Assembly: GCF_018350175.1 (NCBI RefSeq)
Contig: NC_058368.1
Coordinates: 109,990,001-110,054,000 of the forward strand
DNA: 64,000 nucleotides
From: Felis catus
Lineage: Eukaryota
Reading direction: 5' to 3'
Below the pieces are notes generated by a model. It saw only the letters and a list, made by a program, of their open reading frames with translations. It had not been told where the DNA came from and made no database searches. Each line of letters begins with the position of its first letter. The stretch's first letter is position 1. Both the position numbers and the translations under genes were made by a program. Below are positions 1-12,282 of this stretch, in pieces.

Positions 1-1585
1 CAAGAAGTAGGGGGTCCCCGGTGATGGAAAGCAAAGCACACCATCTATCCCTGCCCTTTGCTTGCCTGGGAGCTGGGCATGTTCCCTTCTGGAGCAGGCC
101 CAGGACCCTCGAATGGTCAGCCTGTGGCAGCCGAAGTCATAGTGGTGGTGGTGGTGGGGGGTCGCTGGTGCAGAGTAATGGCTAGAGGAAGGCCATGACC
201 TTGCTCACCCCCGCAGGAATGAGAAAGGGGTGGGCGTGTCACCTCCCCCAGTGCCCTTGGAGAGCATGGAAACTGCCATAAGTCCCAAAGGTGAAGGGTT
301 TGATCCGCTGGCTGGGCAGGGTGAGTTCCTGTCCTTGCATTGGCTCTAGCCCTGGGGTCTCTGTGACCCCATTGCAGGACCACTGTCCTTGGAAGATGGA
401 CAGTAGTAGCAGGAAACCCGGTGATTCTGGTTCAACAGGTCCTGCTAGGGAGGGGCGGGAAAGGAGTGAAAGGCAAGGGGGCAGGTGTGGAGGAGAACAG
501 GCTTAGGTACCCCAGAGCTTAACGGAGTGGCTGACAGGGCCTCTCCCAGGCCAGGCTCCAGAGGGCCACAGGCCAGGTGATAATGCTGCACCGCAGAGCA
601 TCTCCACACCCATAGCCATGTCAGCCCCATGAAGGGGCTGGTAGGGAGCACATGCTTATCTCACAGGGGAGGTAGCTGAGGCCAAAAGAGGAGCTACTAC
701 TTGGAAAAGGTTTCAGAGTAGATCCTCTCCCTGACGCTTCAGCCAATCAGCACAAGGGAGGCAGCAGGGCCGCAGCGAGGCCTCGGGCACCTGTGGTCGG
801 GCAGGGCTCTCCTGCCAACAGATGTCTGAGTCTATCACTGAAGGCTCGCTTCACAGTTGAAGTGAGCCTGGGAAAGTAAAGCCTACCATGGCTATCAGTC
901 ATTAACACTCAGGATGCTGCTAGATTACTTCTAGCCGGTGGGGGCATGGTTTGCTTGGGGCAGGGGAGGGGGTCCAGAGAACAGAATGGAAGCTTCCAGG
1001 AAGGTCACTAGACACAGGAGATGCCTTCCCAAACCTTCAAACTTCACTGGCTTGGCTGGGGTGCGAAGGGCTGGGGCTCCTTAGGGCAAGCACGTGCAAC
1101 CACGACTCCTGGGGAGGGTAGCTCACACCCCACACTTGTGCCAATGGGCACCTCAAGCCCCGTGAGCCAGGTGTTCCGGGCTGTGGAACCCCAAACGCAG
1201 CTCCAAATGATGTCAGGGGTATTTGCTTTTCTAGATTAGGTCCCGGCCTCTCGAAGCTTTGCCTGTATTTCTAAAAGCTATCTTTGTTTGCTGACTGTTG
1301 TAAACCACCCGATAGAATGTTTGAATTCAATCAAAACATGCTCTAACCCTCCAGAAAGCACCTGCATGGCTCCAACATGTGTGTCTCAGAGGCTCTCCTT
1401 ACTGTTGTAAAGGTCATGGTGCACAGTCCTAACTCACTGGCCAGCTCACCTGCCCTCTCTGCAGCCACCCGCAGCTGTGCAAACTGACGGGGCCACACTG
1501 AGAGGCCAGGCACTCGAGGCAGGAGACAAAGCTGGCTGGGCCAGGCGAGGCCTTCCCCTCCACTAACCAAACCAGCAGGCCCAAC

Positions 1586-1586
<1 letters not shown>

Positions 1587-1625
<39 letters not shown>
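1587..1625. repeat. (GT)19 microsatellite
   Basis: Perfect GT run. Confidence 0.95.
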
Positions 1626-1629
<4 letters not shown>

Positions 1630-2027
1630 CTTTTCCTTTAGTCTGAAATTATTTCCTTTCTAACTTACACCTTTTTATGAGGCTTTGGTAATAGTAAAAG
1701 CTACTTGTCCTTACTTGGCCAAATGAAAAAGTGGCAACCCTAAAGTAGGTCTCAGGGTTATTTTTTTAATTAAAATAATTAAGAATACATTATTATTTTT
1801 TTAATTAAGAAAGTTGGTTTGTGAAACCTGGACTGTAGGTGTTGGTATGACACTGGGACACCAGCATTCACCTCTTGGTCAGCTCACTGTGCCTTCGGTG
1901 GCAGGGATGGCCAGTGGTTCAACGTGTGCACCAAACTGCATTGTGTTGAGAAGGCGTCTGGACCACACCCAGGCCCAGAACAAAAGAACATTGTCAGTGA
2001 TATGCTGTGTCTGCCAGCTATGTGGGC

Positions 2028-2051
2028 GGGGGGGGGGGGGGGGGGGGGGGG
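2028..2051. repeat. G24 homopolymer followed by further G-runs
   Basis: Read directly from the sequence. Confidence 0.9.
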
Positions 2052-4336
2052 AGTGGGGGAGGGGGACTTCTTTTCACTAGGACCAACTGTCTAGTTGAGA
2101 GCGAACAAGTTTGCATTAAAAAAAAAGCACCAAAATCAGTTCAGTGGACTCAAATCAAATCTTAGTCAATACGCAGCAGTTTCTGACAAATCCAGTTGGT
2201 CCTAAGTCAAGTTTTTTAAAGGGGGCTTTGCTTTGGGAACAGATGCCAGAGACACTGGTATTGATAATCAGGTGATCAGAACAAAAGGGTATTTCAGGAA
2301 AAATCCACTCAATGGGCCTTAGAACGAGCACAGTTTACCAAGAATGGAGGCTGGATTCACTGTTCCTGCGAGTTTCATCTGCTGTGGCCTGAGCTCTGGG
2401 CTGTGAGATCATCAAGCTACAGCGCAGAAAATGGATTTTAAACACAGAGCCGGTCAAAGCTGTGCCTTCCCTACACCACGTGGAGGTTGACAATCAGCTG
2501 GATGCCCTGGTCCAAGCCGTCCCTAGAAGTCAGGCCTTTGCCCTGATGGACCTCATAACACCATTTGCCCGAGAGCTGCCTTTGGGGTCTGCAGAGTTCT
2601 ATAAGGCACAGTGGTTCCTCTCCCATCTTGCTAGGCTGCTGGCTGCAGAGGGGGAGTGCAGCTTGGATGTTTATAAATAGTGGCTTGGTGAACACTGTGC
2701 TTGTAAAGCTGAAGGAGAAAGGAGGCTGCATTTGATGCCATCAGTCACTCACTAGCGACTTCGGGACGGAAATCTCACTGCCCACACACCTGGTCTTCTT
2801 CTCTCTCTCCTTCCCTCTCCAAGTCTTTAAATCAGGTCAACCTTCCTTGCAAGCGCCCAACTCAACAGAGCGTGCACGCCTCACATGGCCCTTCCTGCAG
2901 GGTTCCACTTCATTATCTCCGTGATCCAACATGGATGTGGGGAGGAAGAACGCGGACACTCTCTGAGTGATTTAACAGGATGCTTTAATGATGTATTGAA
3001 AATGAACATTGACCCCAGGTAAGAGGTGCTAAACGGATACTTTAAAAGCCCACCATCCATTTCACTCTGATGGGCTCTCCTCCTTAAATCACTGTGTTGT
3101 CATTTTTACGACGCAGACCTAGCTGTGGAGGCTACGGGACTGTGAAATGTCATATAAAAAGCCAATAAGAAAAAAATAAAATTAAGTTGCGGGGAGCGTG
3201 CATTAGCATTTCAAAAATGTTCTGTTGCATTATGCTACATTCTTCTCTCTCTGTCAAGGGGCACCAGGATCCTGTCCTCCCCATAAAGAGACTATGCCGC
3301 AGAATGTATTAGTGCTCCATTCCTGAAACCGTGTGGCAGCTGAAGGGCATAGTTACGATAATGGCGAAATACATTCTGGACTAAATTTGATAGGACACTG
3401 GGGCCGTCTGCCTCCTCTGATGAGAAAGTCTTGATTGCTTCTCTCCTTGTTGGCTCAGGTCCGTAGCTTTCAGAGTTTTGACAAATTAATGTTTTCAGCA
3501 TCTCTGCCCCGGAGAAAAGTAAGGAATGAAATCTGTTGAGGTGAGGGTGTGACTCTTGCACTTGAGGTGACGATGGGGTCGCCTGGCATTCTGTGAGGCA
3601 AGGGAACCACCACCCCAAACTCCCCTGCCTGGCAGCCCGTAAAATACCCCAAATTACCCAACGCCCAGACTACCTGAATGGCTGGATCTGGGATTGGGTA
3701 GGTGTGGCCCGCTGTGCCATCTGGAAAGTACGAGTTTAGGAATGCACCCTGGGCCTGGGTCTTCAGGGAGCCTCTGGAGAAACTGAAACCCTTAGCACTC
3801 TGAGGGGTGTCTTAAATTCTAACTTGGAGTCTGGTTGGCGCTGTTTTGTGAACTGGGCTTTCAGATCTGAGCTGGGCCAGATGGAGGGATGGTGGCTGCA
3901 GAGGGAGGAAGCCTTGCCAGTATTGGCCTCGAAGAGCCCCCTGGTCTCCCGGGTCATTATGGGAATGCGATTCCTTTCTAGGGCTCAGAATTTGCCAAAT
4001 TGGGGAAGATAAATCCAGCGCCCCTAATAGTCGATGACGCTAAGCCATTGAAACAATTGCAGTGCTTTATCTGGAACTTTTCAGAAAGCTGACTTGTTCG
4101 TTAGGAGCCATCCACTTGATAGAATTCCACTGTATTGTTTTCTAGCGCGATGTGCTGCAGAACGGGTTTGGTCAGCACTTTGGCTCGGGGAATATATTTT
4201 CATTTGAGAAGATGCTTCTGCTGGGCTTCTTGCAACATCGCATTAGGAAGTACTGGACTCTGAGCCCCGCTGAGGGAAGGAGCCTGGGGGATGCCGCCAC
4301 GGCATTGCAGGGTGTGGGCAAGCACAGAGTGGTATG

Positions 4337-4482
4337 TTTTCTTCTTCTTCTTCTTCTTCTTCTTCTTCTTCTTCTTCTTCTTCTTCTTCTTCTTCTTCTC
4401 CTCCTCCTCCTCCTCCTCCTCCTCCTCCTCCTCCTCCTCCCCCTCCCCCTCCTCTTCCCCCCCCTCCTTCTTCTTCTTTTTT
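4337..4482. repeat. Compound (TTC)20(TCC)14 microsatellite in a 146-nt pure pyrimidine tract
   Basis: TTC 4339-4398, TCC 4399-4440, degenerate C/T tail to 4482. Confidence 0.95.
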
Positions 4483-6089
4483 AAAATATATTCATCATCA
4501 AGTCCAGCCCATGAGAACCTGATCTGAATTGAATTTTACCCCTAATGAGATGCCATGTCCCTTCTGTTCTCTCAAAAAGAGACCTTGAGAGTTTGTATTA
4601 GAGAGCGAAACAAAACTTTTCACTGTTTTCATGTTTCCTAATAACAGCCTGAGTCATAACCTGAATTTTTATGCAACTAATTATGAGTGCGACTCGGGCA
4701 TGAAAGATTTATATGATCAGAAAAGAAATTACCTGCGTTATCTCTGGGCAGGCGGGGGATGAGTCGACGAGGTGAGTTAATCAGTTTTCTAGGTCATGCC
4801 GAAGGCACCTGCACGGTGCTGGCTGGCCGGTCTGTCCTTTCACCAAGCTGAGTGAGGGAAGGACTGGGAGACATCCTCCTGGGACACTCCCAGAGCTTCC
4901 CATTCCCCCTCCAGCCTGGGAACATCCAGCTTTGGCCATGGGGCCTCTGCAATCAGCATTTCCTCCCAATATGACATTCCTATCCTCTGCTTCCTGAGAC
5001 CAACGTGCCCAACTAACCTAACAGTCCCGGGGAAACAAAATCAAAGCCCGAGAGGGGACTGGCTTAACAGGAAATGAGAGACACGTACAACAGGGAGACG
5101 GTCCGGGAGGTTGATTCCTATGATCAGAATGGAAGCTGGAATTCTATCCGTTGTTTGCTCCTTAAAGTTTCATTTGTTACAGAGACTGAAAATTAATTAC
5201 AGGTCCGTACCTTGAAGCAGGCGACCAAAGGAATAAGTATTTGCCAAGAAGCAATAGCTCTTACAGCCATCATGCTCACTAAATTACCCTCATATTGTTT
5301 ATCTGTGAAAGGAGCGGCTGGCCCAGCGTGGCGGTAAGGAGTGCATGATGGAGAGCCAGTGCGGGGCGAGCGGGAAGTCATGCGTGTTTAGGGCTGTAAT
5401 GCGCATTTAGTTACACGGCCATTTGCTGAGGCCCACCACTGATTAATATACACAGGCTTGTTCATTTACTCAGCATTACGTTTAATCATTTAATTTTCGT
5501 GAGAGTTTTCGGATCTTTTAATCATCCTAATATTCTTCTTATTGCAACATATTACTAAGCTGTTAGTTCAATTCAATTAAAAAGTGTCATCTCCAAAAGT
5601 AATTTATTCCATGTGCATCGTTAAGCGGATACCCCAGATATGTCTGCATTTTAAAGGAATAATAACTCTTCCGATTTATTAGTCTGCAAACCACTGCGCT
5701 GCGTTAGCACTAAAGACGATGCCGCGAGTGGTCAATGTCTGTGGGTGCTGGTGGGGTGGTGGCAGATCTGTGACTGTTTCTCCAGATTTTGTACTAAGGC
5801 TCAGAAGCGAGTAGGAAAGTGTGGGCCATCTGTTAGTAGTTGGGTGGCCCCCGAAAACCCAGTGTAACTTTCTGATCCTGATAGTGTTTGTAATAGCGTG
5901 GCCTCGGAGTTCCCCCTTTGGGGGCCCCTTGGCAGAAGTTTCTATCTCCACCGCCTCTTACTTCAAGCAGGTGCTATAGGAAGCACCTGCTGTGGGTCTG
6001 CTAGGGGAGAGTTTAGTGTCTTCTCTCCTTGTCAGGATTCTGGATCTTCCTGGTTGACTTTTGAGTTCCTTCCTCTGTTCTCTCTGGAG

Positions 6090-6420
6090 CAGCGCTATCC
6101 AGGAGAAATGTGAGGCAAGGAAACGCCAGTGTGATACAATGTAATACAAGCCACATATCTGGTTTAAATTTCCTAATAGCCACAGAAAGTAAAAAGAAAC
6201 AGGTGACACTGATTCTAATAATATACTTTAACTCCACGGATCCAAAATATCATTTCAGCATGTAATCAATGTAAAAGTCAGTCAATGAGATATTTGTACT
6301 TTCTTTCATTTTTCCATTGAAGGCGTCCAAATCTAGTGTGCGCATCTCACTCCAGAGTAGCCTCATTTCAGGGGCTCCGTGGCCACACACAGCTACTGGC
6401 TACTGCCTTGGACCGGGCAG
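6090..6420. mobile_element. MER33-like hAT-Charlie non-autonomous DNA transposon
   Basis: Ends CAGCGCTATCCA...TTGGACCGGGCAG. Internal motifs AGCCACATAT, AGTAAAAAGAAACAGGTGA, CATGTAATCAAT and GCTACTGGCTAC fit the remembered MER33 consensus. Confidence 0.8.
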
Positions 6421-7818
6421 CTCCAGTACCTTGAAGCCCGGGCCCCGTGCAACCAGGCTGTGGCTTCCCTGAGCCTGTGGCTCCCCTGAACTGAGGACAG
6501 AACTGCTTGGGGTCAGGATTAGCTGGGGGTCTGTCTGCAGAAGTTGGTGATGCTCCCACAGGGGACAGATGCTCTCACAGGGGACAGTAGCCACTGATGA
6601 CCTCTGAGGCTCATCTTACCCTGAGGTTGCAGGAACCCAGCAGGCCCAGGAAGGGTGACTGGTGGGAAGAAACAGCTTCCCCTGACCACATGAACTTGTC
6701 CCTGGGCCTTTGTGTGGCCAAAGGGAAACCCAGGTTTGTGGGTGGAAGGAAGAGAACCACGTTAGGGCTTGTGGACAGGGAAGGATCCACATCGACTTTT
6801 TAGCCCCTGTGCCTGGCCAAGCATGAGCCCAGGTGCATACAAGGGGAGCCCCTCCCAGGGGAGTCCCCCTGCCGAAGGAGCAAGCCTTGTCCTCAGCCTG
6901 CTGTGTCCCACAGGAGAGATTTACTTTCCCTGGGGAACAAAGTCCTCCATGATGATGCCACTTAGGATATTAATGCCTGCGCTCCAAGGCCTAAGTGTTC
7001 CTCTTTCTTTGGCAGACTCCTCACGGCCAGGGCGGTGAACAGGTGCCGACAGAGTGTTGTTTTCAGAGATGTGCTCTGGACAGGCGGGATGTTACTTGAG
7101 TCTTGTGACAGCAGTCAAGTGCCATTTCCACATGCTAGAACCTTGAGCAGTTAATCCCCTGGGTCTGTCCCTTATATGAGCCAGCCGAGGAGCCTTGAGA
7201 AGTCAGGGACAAATAGAGAGACGGTGCAACGTCTTAACGCCCTTTCCTGTTCTTGCAGAATGCTGTGATTATTAATATCTCTCTCTCAGAAAAGGGCTAT
7301 GTGTGCTGTTTTTTTAGGAGAACAGCAATAAAAAAGGGAAATTAAATTAGCAACTCGGTGTGAACCTCTAATCCATTAAAGTGTCTTCAGCTCCATAACC
7401 TGTTACCTTAAACTCTGGCTCCCTCCTTAAGTGGTTGCAGGGAAATAGCAGTATGCTGCCTGGCCCCATTTTGTACCCGTTATGATAGAAGTGATTGAAT
7501 GTCAGCAAAGCCTGGGCTTCTGTTCCTGGGCGAGAGGGCTCTGCACGGGGTTGGTATGCTCAGACTGCACGTGACCAAGGATGCAAATGCTCCCTGTCGA
7601 GACACCCGTGCCCTCACCCCAGCATGCACACGGAGCTCCGAGAATTAACCAAACACACATACCCCCTGTCTCCAATCCGTACTAAATAATGTGAAGATGA
7701 AACTGGCTTTGGAGGAAAATGTCACGAAGAAACTGAACACAGTAACAAGCTCAGGGCACCGATAATAGCAGCTAGCGGGTACTGAGTGCCAACAGTGTGC
7801 CTCGTTCTATGCTGTGAC

Positions 7819-7982
7819 GAGGTCCTGCTACATCATTTGGGGGCCCAGTGCGAAATGAAGACGCAGCCCCTTGTTCACAAAAGCACTAAGGATTCCAAGA
7901 TGGTGATGGCAGGGCATGAAAGCAACGCAGCTCTACCGAGCAGAGAGGCCTGCCTAGGTCACCTGCCCCGCGGCCAGCCCCG
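7819..7982. mobile_element. MER45A-like hAT-Tip100 MITE, apparently inserted in a MIR
   Basis: GCTACATCATTTGGGGGCCCAGTGCGAAATGAAG...CCCCTTGTTCA...TTCCAAGATGGTGA fits the remembered MER45A consensus. MIR-like sequence lies on both sides (TACAGATGAGCAGACAGAGGCTCA). Confidence 0.7.
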
Positions 7983-9039
7983 AGCCGTGTGCTGTCTGTA
8001 TACGAACTGGCAGTAACCTCTCGACAAACACTACTGCTCTCTCCATGCTACAGATGAGCAGACAGAGGCTCAAAGAGGTCCGGAGACTACCAGGACTGAC
8101 ACAGGTTTCGAGGTGGTCTGAAGGGAGGGCTCAGTCGTGACCCAGCACTGGGTGAAGCAGCAGAAAACACCAGAGAAGGGCAGCAGGCTACCCCAGAATC
8201 ATGCTGTGAGCGCTGATGTGGTTTCAGGAACACAATGTCATTTGTGCCATTAAATTAATGTAGTTAATTTGAAGTGTATTGGCTTTGCAGTTTGTTTTTA
8301 TTTCATTTATAAATTTGTTTTGGCTTTATGGTTGTAAAAGAGCCCTACACATAAGGGACGTGTACCTAGTTTTATGTTTGTACGTATTTAACTAACGTTA
8401 TACTAAACGTAATTTAAGTCAGCAGAGAGAAACCACAACATCTCCCCCTCGAAGTGGGGTCTGTGCATCCCTCCAGCAGGGAAACGCATCTCTTGTCCCC
8501 CGAGGGAGGAGGCACAGAAGGTGTTCCCAGCCCTGCCCCTTCAGTGCTGCCAACAAAGCCCATCCAGGATGGATGCTGGACCCCAGGGGACAGGGAGGGG
8601 AGGGAAGGCAGGTACAGGGGACAGGAGGGCAGGTGGCACCCACAAGCAGGTAGCTGACTAAAGGCTGGCAGTTGAAGGCCCCAGAGCTCAGTCTGAGCCT
8701 GGCTCCCCTCCTGGCTCCTGCTCCACATCCCTTTGCCTGGTTCCCAGAGAACTGTCACATTTACGATACAGATTCCAGGAGAGTGGCCCTGGCCCCAAGG
8801 CAGGGAGAGGCCTGTAGGAACACCCAGGGTCTCCTCAGGGGCCATTGTGTGGGGGTGTGGGAACAGTAATGACCCCTGTAGGCTGTGTCCTGGCTGACCC
8901 TGAACAGGTGCCTTGGGTTAAAGCCAGCCTCCCCGCATCTAAGTCCCTAACGTCACAGCAGGAGCACATTTCAGACTAGCAGGTCCTTTTAGTTTATGCA
9001 GGCAGCAACTTTACACCACGATGTATTTCCAACAGAAGG

Positions 9040-9480
9040 CATGTCAAAGACTTACACAAGAATGCTCACAGAAGCAGTCTTCCTAATTATCCCAAACCGG
9101 AAGCAACCCAGGTATGTCAGCTGTGGCATATTCGTACAATGGAATATTAGATGCCAGTGAAAGGGTAAGATCTCTGCTGTAGGTGAAATTACAATGGAGG
9201 AAACTCACCAACAGAGTTTGGAGGAAGTAGACCATTACAAAAGGGTCATGCTAGATGCGTCTACTGATAAAAAATTAAAAAACAGGCAAAATGGCTTTAG
9301 GGTGTTAGAAAGACAGGTTAATAGTTACACGTCGGGGGAGGATGTCCGGGCTGTGATGCTCCTTTTGTTTCTGGGAATAGTAGTCAATTGGGCTGTCCAT
9401 GGCTACTGCACCAAACTTGTGCACTTAGGATTCGTGCACATTCTGTGTGGAGCATGCCGATTACAGTGGGAAAAAAAAAC
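9040..9480 (+). mobile_element. Old L1 (L1ME-like) 3' fragment
   Basis: Motifs ACAAGAATGCTCACAG, GGAAGCAACCCA, GTGGCATATTCGTACAATGGAATATTA and AAAAACAGGCAAAA. Boundaries approximate. Confidence 0.65.
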
Positions 9481-9512
9481 CCCGACAGAAACTTTACCAC
9501 ATGAATCAGTAA

Positions 9513-9586
9513 ATATAATATATAAAGAGGAAAAACATACTGTTTTATATATATATATAATATATAAAGAGGAAAAATATACTGTT
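9513..9586. repeat. 32-bp direct duplication with a 10-nt TA spacer
   Basis: ATATAATATATAAAGAGGAAAAA(C/T)ATACTGTT at 9513-9544 and 9555-9586, one mismatch. Confidence 0.9.
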
Positions 9587-10345
9587 ACTCTCTGCCAGCT
9601 GCCACCTACCTTCCCCTGGGAAAGTCCTGAGAGGAGCCTGCATGGAGGTGAGGACCCTCCGGTGCCTGACTTGTCCTTGGGGTGAACTCCAGTGTTCTGG
9701 GTAAAGCAGCCCATGAACATGGCTGAGTCCCTGGAGGGTTCTAGAGACTGTGACTGAGTGAAGCCCTGTTATGAACTGTTACTCGCGGTTTGTACCAAGG
9801 ACGCTTGGTGCTCTGTGAAGCAAAAGATGGACAGCCAGCCTGGGTAAGGCAGGGCCCTCTTTGCGAAGATGCCAATGTGACAAGAGATTTCATTACCCCC
9901 CGCTCATCCCCGTGACCAGACCTGTGCACCCCCCTGAGCTCAGTCCCATGGCCGAGACCACATGGCCCTCCACAACAGTGGGAAGGTGTGTCTATTTTAC
10001 AGACGGGAAAACTCTTTCCAGGGACCTTAAGAGATTTGCGTGGCTCCCCCGGGACATCCCCAGCATATGGGAGGAGACCTGGTCTCACAATCTGTCCAAA
10101 GTGCCGCTGGGCTGATGCCATTAGTGCAGTGATGTCCAGAAGCATTGAGAGGTCTCCATCTGCTGGCTACAAGGTGGCAGTCCACCGGAGGGTCAGGCGC
10201 ACACACCCTGTCCAAAGGTCTGCCCCCCTGAGCTCCGGGGTCTGACATGTCATGTGTGTTTGGAGCAAAAGGGATTTTGTAACTCTGTGTAACTCTTGCA
10301 CTGGTTCCCGCCCCCCACCCCGGCTCACCAGGACTTCTGCGATGC

Positions 10346-10527
10346 CTCAGCAGTAATCTTGGCTCTAGTTCCCAGCCCCACCTGCCTGCCAGCCACATGG
10401 GCAGTCTCTCTGTTCGCAGGTGTTCCAGGAGGGCTCTGCCTCTACTGGAACCTTCTTCCCCACATTCCATCAAGGCTGGCACAAGCTTATCCTCCCTGCG
10501 TTGTCACAATTCACATGTGTTTTAATG
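10346..10527 (+). repeat. Left arm of a long inverted duplication
   Basis: 10353-10527 matches the reverse complement of 12283-12457 with 5 mismatches in 175 nt and no gaps (manual alignment). The match extends 7 nt outward with 2 more mismatches. Confidence 0.95.
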
Positions 10528-11444
10528 ACGCCTTGCCTCCAATACAGTCTAAGGGAAGCCCGGACCTGTTCTCCTGTCTGTCCTAGGAGGCCATCCAGCA
10601 GAGGTGGCATCAGGAGCCACCTGGGGAACATCAGAAATATGAGGAAGTTCTTAGGAAAAGGCTGGGTCCTAAGTGTGGGGCTCAGAGGGGCATGCTGCAG
10701 AGGAGTGGCCCTCCCTGGCAGGTGGTTCTGACAGGTCTGTGGGTCACTCTGACCTTGAAAACACAAATGATCCCCTGACAGCTGGGCAAGGGCACTGCTA
10801 CACTGTAGACTCAGGACCATGAGGGAGGGAAATGCCCTTGAACGCCACCTGGCCCCCTGCTCTTCTGATGGATAAGTAAAACAAGGGATCCTCAGGTATA
10901 CAGGGCACCAAGAGCCTTGCTGAGCCTGAGATTCAGGTCTCTGGGCTCCCAGACCAGGGAGGAGGTGCCGGGCACTGTCTCCTGAAGATGTAGCCATACA
11001 AGGGTCTGACCCCCATGGGCCATGAGGCCCTTCGGCAGCTCTGGCCAACCCACTCATACTGTGTGGGTGTAATTCAAGTGCTGCCGTGATCCTGGGGGTT
11101 CATGCAGAAAGGTGCTAACTTCTGTGGAGATGTTCTTTAGGGCTGTGTGTTCTCTGGACTTCCAGTATCCTAAACTGTAACCACCACTTGGCTTCCTATG
11201 AGCCTGGTGAGGAGGTGTAGAGTGAATGTGGGTAGGTGGCCACATCACACATTTCCTAGGAAGTCTGGGGGGGCCCCTGCATGGACCCAATATGGAGGCA
11301 GAGTGGGAGCCACAGAGCATAGGAGTGGTCAGCGGTGAGGCTAGCCTGTATGGCTAGCATGGCTAGCATGTATCTGTGAGGGCCAAACTGGCCCACGGCA
11401 CGCATCCCACACCAGCTCTCTGCCACGGGCATCGTCCTTGGGGC

Positions 11445-11878
11445 CAGAGTGGGATGATAGTGTCCTCCCCAAATTCACATCCACTGGAACCTCAGAAGAT
11501 AACCTTATTTGAGAATTGGATCTTTGCAGATATAACTACTTGATGATCTCGAGATGACATCATCCTGGATTTAAGGTGGGCTCTAAATCAAGTGACTGGT
11601 GTCCTTATAAGAAGAGGACGTGGAAAAAGTAGGAAAAAGGCCGTGCAAGGATGGAGGTAGAGACTGGAGTTCTACTGCTATGATCCAAGGAGCGGCAGGA
11701 GGCAGCAGAAGCTGGAAGAGGCAAGAGAGGGTCCTGTCTTCGAGCCTTTACAGGGAGCATGGCCCTCCAGACACCTCGAATGCTGACTTCTGGCCTCCTG
11801 GACTATGAGAAAGTAAATTTACATCATCTCGAGCCACATTGCAGGAGTTTGTCATGAGAGTCCTATGAGACTTCTACA
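11445..11878 (+). mobile_element. MaLR solo LTR (MLT1B/C-like)
   Basis: GTGTCCTCCCCAAATTCACAT, ACCTTATTTG...TCTTTGCAGAT, GACTGGTGTCCTTATAAGAAGAGGAC, AGAAGCTGGAAGAGGCAAG and GACTTCTGGCCTCC...ACTATGAGA are typical MLT1 motifs. Ends in ...TACA. Confidence 0.85.
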
Positions 11879-12282
11879 GGGCCTGTGTTGAGTTCAGGGG
11901 GCAAATCAAGCCGCGACACCTTCCAGGCCTGTATGTAGCCACAGGCTCTGAGCCCTGGCCAATCATTTCCTTGCCCTCTCGGCCTCCGGCGGCCACATGA
12001 CCTACAGTGGCACAGGTGGGAAGTGGCAAGCGTGCCTGGGGAGAACGCACAGGAAGGAGACCTTGAACTCTCAAGACACTGGCTCAGTCCAGCCACTCAG
12101 TGCAGATGCAGTTAGCTCACAGGTCTCTAGGTTGGAGCCCAGACATGACTATTCATGAGCCACGTTCCTGAAAGCACCCCAAACTCCCAGCCACGGCCCA
12201 TGCCACTCAGAAGGTGAACTGAGCCCGGTGGTACAAACAAGACATGAAAGTCATCCTCCACCTGCTGTGAAAACTCCAGAAA

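Noticed and set aside
4152..4527. Poly-Leu, poly-Phe/Ser and poly-Ser/Pro ORFs
   Set aside because: Translations of the TTC/TCC microsatellite.
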